NCBI GenBank assembly: GCA_012295275.1
Contig: CM022679.1
Span: 1,488,001 to 1,552,000 of the forward strand
DNA: 64,000 nucleotides
Reading direction: 5' to 3'
Origin: Chrysomallon squamiferum
Taxonomy: Eukaryota; Animalia; Mollusca
The notes below the pieces were generated by a model. It made no database searches and was not told the origin of the DNA. It worked only from the letters and a program-made list of their open reading frames with translations. This document shows, in pieces, positions 54,855 to 64,000 of the stretch. A program made the position numbers and the translations under genes. The stretch's first letter is position 1; each line of letters starts with the position of its first letter.

Positions 54855-55170
54855 CTTGTTCATTTGTACGTCTTATACGTCATTTGTTTGTAACTCTAAT
54901 ATATCATTAATTTGTAAATGCAGTTTATCATTCATAACATGTCACTTGTTTGTGAATGCAGTATGTAATTTGATTTGTAAATGTTTTATATCATTCGTAT
55001 ATAAATTGTAATTCATTTGTAAATGTACTACGATATTCATTTGTAAATGTCATATGTCATTAGTTAGTAAATGTATTATTCATTTATTTTTAAATGCAAT
55101 ATTACTTTAGTTTGTAAATGTATTATATTATTCGTAAATACATGTAATAATATCATTTCTTTGTAAAAGT
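54855..55170. repeat. Degenerate minisatellite with core TTTGTAAATG
   Basis: CATTTGTAAATG-like core recurs about 10 times at 20-45 bp spacing. Confidence 0.65.
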
Positions 55171-55221
55171 AACCTGTTTCTTATTTCTATTTAATTATTA
55201 ATTCTTAGGTTCAATTTATTA

Positions 55222-55273
<52 letters not shown>

Positions 55274-55819
55274 TAACCGAAATAGCTAATTCTGTTAATA
55301 AAACAGTTAAAAAACGGTCCAGATGCGGTTTGTCAGTTAAATAAAGTTTCTTCTTCTTCTTCTTCTTCTTCTAGCTAGGAGACAGATGAGTGTTAAACTG
55401 TGACGTAAGATGACGTAAGTTTTGCTGTACGTGATCCACTGAGACAAGCAGATCACCTGACACAGCTGAGTCTCACTTTGTCAGCGAGAGTTCGTTCTGA
55501 ATCAGATAAACAAATCTGACGTCACTAAGTCCTAGAGTTGTCCTCTCACACTTTAATATATATAAATATATTAAATACGTAAGTAAGTAAATAAATAAAT
55601 AAATTGAAGCACAAATAAAGAAAAATAAGAAAGAAAGAAAAAAAAGAAACAAAAAAGAAGATTTTTTTACATAAAAGTTACTTCGAAATTTTCCCAGTTA
55701 GATAACAACCGATAACGAATTTAACTCCTTGTCGAAAACACCTGATATTGTTATTCTTATTTCTTTCCGTGCGCAGGTGCGTTTTCTAATATTAATTAAA
55801 ACTTTTTTATTCTTTTGAT

Positions 55820-55859
<40 letters not shown>

Positions 55860-57209
55860 GAATGTAACTAAACTGAAATGTATAGCATTCAGACTGTAGT
55901 CTACATGAAGATATTTACACGCAAAATTGTGTTTAATTATATCAATTAAATATTTAATTATTTAACATTCCATTTTCTGTTAATTTGCGATAATTTCGTA
56001 CTTGAGGTGATAAGTTGGTCTGTTATTTGTGTCCCTAATCATGTGTAAAAGTGACAGATCTAACTGGTTTCTGATCAGTGCTGACGAAACTGGAAAGAGG
56101 TAGGATCGACCCTTACCGGTGTGCTCATAGGACTTTTCATTTTCATTCCATCACTGACGTTAATGTTCATGTTGATGATTTTGATGATAATGATGATGGG
56201 GATGATGATGATGATGGGGATGATGATGATGATACTAAATGCGTGTTTTTTTTTTTTGACGGAACTGTTTTATGTTATTGATTATTATTTTATTTTATTT
56301 TATTCTATTTTATTTATTTATTTATTTATTTATTTATTATTTTATTTTGTTTTGTTTTGTTTTGTTTTGTTTTAATTATTTATTTTATTTTTATTTTTAT
56401 TTTTATTTTTTTTTATTCATTGATTCATTGATTCATTTTATCCTTAAAATAACTACTGCTAATTTTTACGTAAGTCTACATGTTATGAAGTTGTAACTAA
56501 AAACCCACTGTTATCAAAACGGACTGAAACGTTTAAAATACACAAAACTCTTCGTGTCAACAAGGTCGCATTTTATTAACTAAACAGACTAACTTCAATT
56601 TTGTTTCATAAATAATCACAGAGTAATGCTTTTGACAACGAAGGTTAGCGCATGCGCGATGCTTTTCCTGGGATCATTGTGACATTAGATAGATCACCAT
56701 GTAGGAAATCGTGTTTGAAACTTTATGCCGTATAAATAAACATCAAAACGGGGGTTAAAAATATGAATGACAATGAGACAGAAATATAAAACCAGACTAG
56801 CTTTGTCTTCACGCCGTGAAAAACATTTCATTAATGTCGTAAAATTGCACCTGCGCATTAAAGGAAAAAAAAAAAAAAATCTTCCAATTACTGTGTCAGG
56901 TGTTTTCGATGTGGACTTAAATTCGACATTTTTCAGAAATAATTTTTCAAACTAAACATTTATCTTAGATGCTAAAAAACAGGGAGGCTATATGTAACAA
57001 CGTCTTCAACGTGGTATTCACGTATATCACGAAGTAACCAGATTACCGCGACTTTTTTGTTTTGCTACGTCAACATTTTTAAGACAAAGTTGATTAATGT
57101 TCAATTTGAGAAGCGTATGTTGAATTTTGACTGTCAAAACGTTTATATGAAATATTCTCAGATACACAGGTAAATATGTACACAGACTCTGACAGAAATA
57201 CGGACAGAC

Positions 57210-57304
<95 letters not shown>

Positions 57305-57880
57305 TTAAACCTCCCATCGAAGAGACACAAAGGGGAAAAAAGACAGTGACAGACAGACAGAAAGAGAAACAGAAAGATAGAGAGAATGAAAAATAAAAGT
57401 GTATTCTCTACAAAATAAAACAAATTATCAAAAGAAATTCAAAATATGTTCAAAATTGTCGTCATGTATTTTTAAAATAAATTTTCAAATACATAAAAAC
57501 ACAGAGACATGTAAATGGAAAAACCTAACTACTTAATGAATGCTTTGATTCGCGTCCATCCTCAAAGGACTTTTGTCATCCTTTAAGTACAAAATCTTTC
57601 ATCATTTTAATGTGTTTCCTCATCTATAAATCAAACATTATTTTCCACTACTTTTGTTCAGTTATAAATTATTTATTTTTTTATGTAAAATAGTTTTCGT
57701 TAAATGAATACAAACATGAAATAAAAGTGGTCGGAAAGATACATCTTTGAGAAAGCTTTGTTTGTTTTTAAGTTTTCGATGTTTTTGATTTGAAAACTTT
57801 GAGATAATCAGACGGATCAACTGTTAATGTTTTCGTTTAACACGAATACTGGCTTCAAATGTCGCCACATACTTTATTAT

Positions 57881-57915
<35 letters not shown>

Positions 57916-58717
57916 TTTAACTAATTAATAACACAGAATCTTTAACTTACAGAATAAAACAGAGAATGATACACAATGCCTAGTGTAAGATTTGTCTAGA
58001 AACAAATGTAGTCAAAGAAAATAAAAGTACAACAGTTATAATTTTCTTCTTTTTTCATTTTGTTTTTTCAGTTTTTCAAAATTTGTATTAAGAAAGAAAG
58101 AAAGAAAGAAAAAGAAAAGAAAGAAAAGAAAAGAACAAAGAAAGGATTTTGAAACATTGTTGATTTGAGAAACAGAAGTTCTTAATGGACAATTGAACAT
58201 TTGTTTATGTTGATTTGATTCTTCAGTGTTTCTCAGTGAAGCAGCACAACAGGCTGTGTACGATGAGTTAAATCAACTCAAGTTCTTTGTCCTCTCTCGT
58301 CATTAAAGTTAACAACAGAAATCTCTGACATTTCACTCGAGAGACACGGTTGAAACATGAAAATGGTTTTCTTAACAAATCAGAAAATATTTGAAAAGTT
58401 TGTTTAGTCACTCAGGGTAGGAAAAGAGTTTTTGTTTAGTGAGTGAAATTTTTTCTCTTCTTATCTTTTTTCTTTTATTGTATATTTTCTTCTAATCTTT
58501 TGTCGTCATTTTAAAATCCTGTAAATAGTCGTAAATATTCTAAACAGTGAGAAAACATTGCGATCAGCAGAATGAAAGTAGGTCGAGTAAGCAAACATGA
58601 CAGACAGACAAACAAATATATGGACGGATGAATGGAGGACGGACTAATATATATATTTATAGGTTGTTAGGTAGGAACGTAGACAGACAGACAGTTAATT
58701 AGATATATGACAGATAA

Positions 58718-58880
58718 ATACATACATACATATATACATACATACATACATACATACATACATACATACATACATACATACATACATACATACATACATA
58801 CATACATACATACATACATACATACATAAAACATACACATACACGCATATGCACACACACATACACACACATATACATAC
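58718..58880 (+). repeat. (TACA)n microsatellite
   Basis: Direct inspection. Confidence 0.95.
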
Positions 58881-59623
58881 AAAGAATAACGACACTATCA
58901 GTAGAACTTTTACAGAGATCACAGATCCAGTTATTAGAGAGATCGTATCATATTTCACACTGAGCCTAACAGAATTACCAGGATTAATTTAATCTTTAGA
59001 AAGTCGAGTCTCCGCAGAACACACTCTCGTCATTACTGCTATTTACAGCTAATGTTTGTTCCCCGCCTAAAACCTGCTTTCACGAGTCCCTAGAATTCAC
59101 AGTAACGTTCGTATGAATACATCGAATTTTCCAGAATTCTTCCAAGTAAATATACAGCAGAAGACAAGCACTAACAGAAATTAGCCGCCTGTTGTAGTCG
59201 AGTCTAAGTAAAACCAAATAGTCTTACAGATCAGCCGAAAAGAAACGTGTTTCGGCATTAAACGTATTTCTGTCTTAAATAGCTCGGTGTTAAACAGAGT
59301 TCCCAGTTAAATAAAAACCAGTTTTAAACACAGTCCCTCTCTCCACCAGCCTTTGATAGATTCAGATATATGATCGATTCTACTACAGATCTTTATGCCA
59401 CTTTACAATATCAGCAGACTTTCTAATGTTATAATAAATGTCTTGTTTTCAAAATCACATTAAATATGGTTTTGAAAAGCCAAAGGAGTGAAAACCAAAA
59501 CCGCCAGAGTGAATAACGAGAAATTTGTTATGTTGCTGGTGAATATTTATACAGTTTTACTAACTGATATTTGGTCAATTTGGATGACTGGCAAATACAT
59601 CACAATTTATTGAATTTGTTTAA

Positions 59624-59745
<122 letters not shown>

Positions 59746-59912
59746 TTTATCCCTCTGTTCATCTCTCTCTCCCCTTCTCTCTTCCACTCTATCTCTCTCT
59801 TTCTCTCTCTTACACTCCCTCTCTCTGTCTTTCTCTCTGATTCTCACTTTTTCTCTCTCTTCCACTCTTTTCTCCTACTCCTTATTTCACTCTTTCACTT
59901 TTTCATGTTCTC

Positions 59913-59961
<49 letters not shown>

Positions 59962-60473
59962 TATACATTAGTCAGAGGTTTGCATAAATAAAACAAGTCT
60001 TTACGCTATTTTCTATCCCTTCTGCGTCAAACATATTAATGCTGCTTGCACATCGCGTCGTTTTTTCTTAAAATAAAATAATTTTAATAATTAAACAACA
60101 CAGTATGCTTTGTCGGAAAAGCTATTATAACCGTTTTGAGTTAGTTTTCTAATTTCGTTTCGTTATAAGACAGCGGTATTCTGCTAATCCATTGGTAATC
60201 CACAGGTATTAGGCCATTTATTATTAGGATTACTATACATATTAATGACGTTTGTAACTGAGAATAGATCAAAATAATAATCTTCAGTGATGTCTATGAT
60301 TTGTTATTAGTGTTCAGTAGATAGGAACTCTTCACCTGAACTTAGTTTTTATATGTGACACATAGTTTCACAATAATACACCACATTATGTAAGTCTCTA
60401 TCCGTCTATCTGTCTATCTAATTTTCTATCTAATAACCTGTCTATCTGTACCCATTTCTATTTGTCTCTCTGT

Positions 60474-60582
<109 letters not shown>

Positions 60583-61228
60583 CGTGTGCTCCAAAGTGTG
60601 GTATATAAGGGAATAAAATAGTTGAAATTTTCAAAGAAATATAGCTATACATTCACTTCTGTCCTGCTTACAGTTTAATTACAGAAAAACTGACTGTGAA
60701 TAACGCTTAGTAAGAACTGTCTCAGTCATTTACCATAACTTTAAAACGATTGTTTTATTTATTTATTATTATTATTATTTTTAATATACAAAAGATAAAT
60801 ATAATAGAAACGGCACTGATCCAATCCTCTTGAAAAAAAAAAGAAAAAAGAAAATGGATTGGTATATTTTACAAATAAAACAATAACAGAAATGTATTAA
60901 ATAAATTTACATCATCTATGTATACGACTAAAAAAATATGCTTCAACAAATTGAAAAGATTTATATATTTATTTATTTATTTATGGTGTAGACAAAATGA
61001 TAAGCAGTGGATCGACACAACAATACTATTTTTAACTAACAGTTACAAAACAGGGCGTTGATACGTACAGCTCTTTATATAATGTTGATTATACGATTTT
61101 ACTTACTTCCATTTCAAATGATAATATCTTGATCAGGTCAATGGTCGCACACAGACAAATACATATATGTAAATAAATACAGACTTTAATCTTCTCATCT
61201 GTATCAGAAATACTCATTAATTATTTTA

Positions 61229-61276
<48 letters not shown>

Positions 61277-61439
61277 CTGGCTGATTCATGTCTGAGAATG
61301 GTGCCAGTTTATTGTTGTTATTTTTGTTTTCAAAAATGTGATGTGTGGGTTTAGGGGCGTCTATTTTGAGAAGCATAAACTGATTTTGTGTAGGGATTTG
61401 TGCTGTGGTTAAAGAATGAAGAATATAGTCAATGATATT

Positions 61440-61830
61440 TGTAAACAGCGATATATGCATTTATAGTGATATGTGGCGTTAGTAATATGTGCGATTAATA
61501 TGTGGAATTATAGTGATATGTGCTTTTAGTAGTATGTACAGTTATATGTGTATTTAAAATATGTGATTATCAGAATGTGTAGCAAGTATTATGGTCTCTT
61601 TAATCATATTTAATTAGTAATATGTATATTAAATATGTGTAGTTAGTGATATGTGTATTTAATAATATGTATAATTAGCAGTATGTGTATTTAATAATGT
61701 ATATAATTAGTAGTATGTGTATTTAAATTGTAATAATATGTGTAAGTAGTGGTATGTGTATTTAATGATATGTGTTACTAGTAGTATGTGTATTTAATAA
61801 TACTTGTAACTTGTAATATGTTATTATAAA
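61440..61830. repeat. Degenerate minisatellite with core TAGTAATATGTGTATTTAA
   Basis: ATATGTG/GTATGTG core recurs at ~17-20 bp spacing. Confidence 0.75.
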
Positions 61831-62568
61831 ATTATCTGCCTATGTATGTGTACCTAGAATAATTAAAGCAGTTTAAAAAGAAGTTAATTTACCGTTGGAC
61901 ATTTTAAAAAGAATTTTTCGAAATTTAAGAGAAACGTTTCCAGTTTAAAACCCAGCTGTCCGATACAATTTATATTTCTCTAACTGCCAGCCACATATAT
62001 CTTGATTCTCTCTTCATTATTAATTTAGAAACAGAAAAACCACATTTATTGCAAATAATTTTCTATTTGAGTCTTACAAACAAGTAAGATTTACGTGAAA
62101 TTAAAAATTAATGTGTCTTTTCTATTTCTACGTAAAAGGTTATTTAGACAAAATGAGAGAATTGTCTTTTGATTAGTTTATACAATAGCGCTGTGACATT
62201 CGTTTGACATTTGAGGTTATTGAAATAGGGTTTTTAAAGTTTAATAAGATTAGATTTTGCTAAAGTTAGAGAAATGTCTTAACGAGTATGTTAATGACAG
62301 AAACGTGTGGGTGAATCAAGCACTCACAGTAAGAAATAGCGAAATATACCTTTATAATTATATTATATTATATTATATTATATTATATTATATTATATTA
62401 TATTATATAAATAAAAGAAATAGTTTATAAACAAATACATGTATGTATATATGCATTCTCTGACTTGTGTGTCCTCTGCACATAAACAACATTTAAGAAC
62501 GCACTGGCACAGAGGACAAAGTCCAATCACGACCTCACAAACTTCGTAGATGCCGCTGACAAGATTTG

Positions 62569-62656
<88 letters not shown>

Positions 62657-63248
62657 ACAAACAACCTGCGACACGTGTTATATTGACATCTAATAACGTT
62701 ACTAATGACAGTGTGATGTGAGTGTAAATATCCATTAATCACGTAGATCGATGCACACACTCATTATTTAATACCAGCGTTTCCTTTCACATCTGTAACC
62801 TCGTTTTCACCGAGATGGGAGAGAGCATTTCCAAGTCGCATCACACATAATTTGATCTATCGTAATTCACAATTACATATCAGGTAGACTATTTTATATA
62901 ATATTTCAGGTATAATTACAAAATCTGACATGTCACACAAAGTAACGAGGCGAGTGAAATCTCAGGATTTAAACACTGGCATCAGTCGTGGGTGCTCGAA
63001 AGATCAACAACTGTTATCACCCCAGTTCAGATATATCCCAGTCCGGTTTGTGCCCTGCCATTATTATACTGTCCACAGGAAAGATGAGATAAAGGATTTA
63101 TTACTGCTAGTCAAAAATCGTAACTCCCAGAATTCTATGAGTGGGTTTAATCTTTAGGGTCTTGCCTTGGCTGTTATGAATAATCCGTATAATAATAGAC
63201 TTCTTCATTAAACCATTTGGTATGTTATGTGCGTGTATGTATGTGTGC

Positions 63249-63281
<33 letters not shown>

Positions 63282-64000
63282 TGTGTAATTGTTTTTGTGT
63301 ATTACTGACAACATGATCAATAAGATAACTAATAATAATAACAATAATAATAATAACAACAACAACATCGACAACAACAATAACGGTACTCGTATTAAAG
63401 ATAACAGTCATAAAATGAGCTAAAACAAATTTTTTTAGGAACAACAGAAATAAGTAAAACCAAATAAATACGAAATTATTTTTGAATAAATAATTATTTT
63501 TATTAATTAACAGGCATGTCGCGTTCATTTCTCACCCAGGCAAGTTTATTTAAATACAAAACATTTCACTCGTATTTTCGCAAGAGACTGTTAACATTAA
63601 AACGCACTTAATTAAAACGTTGTTGCATGACGAGTCAATATGTTACTTTTAGTTATTTGCGTCTGCCCGAACTTTAAACAGACGTTTTCACAGTTTGCTT
63701 TAAAGATTTAAAAACTCTTTTCTGCTTATAATATTTATCTATGAATATTGCGTTTTTGAATTGAATCATATTTTTTTTTTAATTGACGTTGTTTTACAAA
63801 AACATGTTTTCTTGACTTCATTTTACTTCTGTATTTACTTGATGCGTTTCGAACTTAACGACACTGTTAATTGATTTTTGAATAAACCTGTCTATAATTA
63901 ATGAAGAGTAAGTGAGGAGCTTGGTTGACGTGTGAAGTAAAAGAACTGATTTGTAATGTCTGCTACCTGAACGTTATTATCACGTGATGTCTCGTCACGT

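Overview
Eukaryotic (animal) genomic DNA that is very AT-rich and dense in microsatellites. Its repeat style suggests a mollusc, probably a gastropod (inference). I could reconstruct two spliced protein-coding genes with GT-AG boundaries and matching phases, arranged tail-to-tail. (1) Plus strand, 4 coding exons (1904-2109, 3715-3844, 6342-6583, 7040-7172): a 236-aa protein with two transmembrane helices (TMEM200/TMEM100/PIRT-like architecture) and a His/Gln-rich disordered tail. (2) Minus strand, 5 coding exons (46564-46228, 30137-29692, 26746-26645, 23352-23244, 18495-18362): a 375-aa rhodopsin-class, neuropeptide-receptor-like GPCR with GN, LAxAD, DRF, CWLP and NPLIY motifs and a C-terminal PDZ ligand (TSV). 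The rest is intron or intergenic DNA with micro- and minisatellites and decayed SINE-like or other dispersed repeats. Nearly all other ORFs in the track are artefacts of simple repeats or antisense shadows. The best non-coding signals are a 48-bp intronic minisatellite carrying eight PAR-bZIP/D-box palindromes, an excess of full CRE palindromes, a repeat made of copies of an exon start, and three uORFs before the 2-TM gene. No CRISPR array, rRNA, intact tRNA or autonomous transposon was found.
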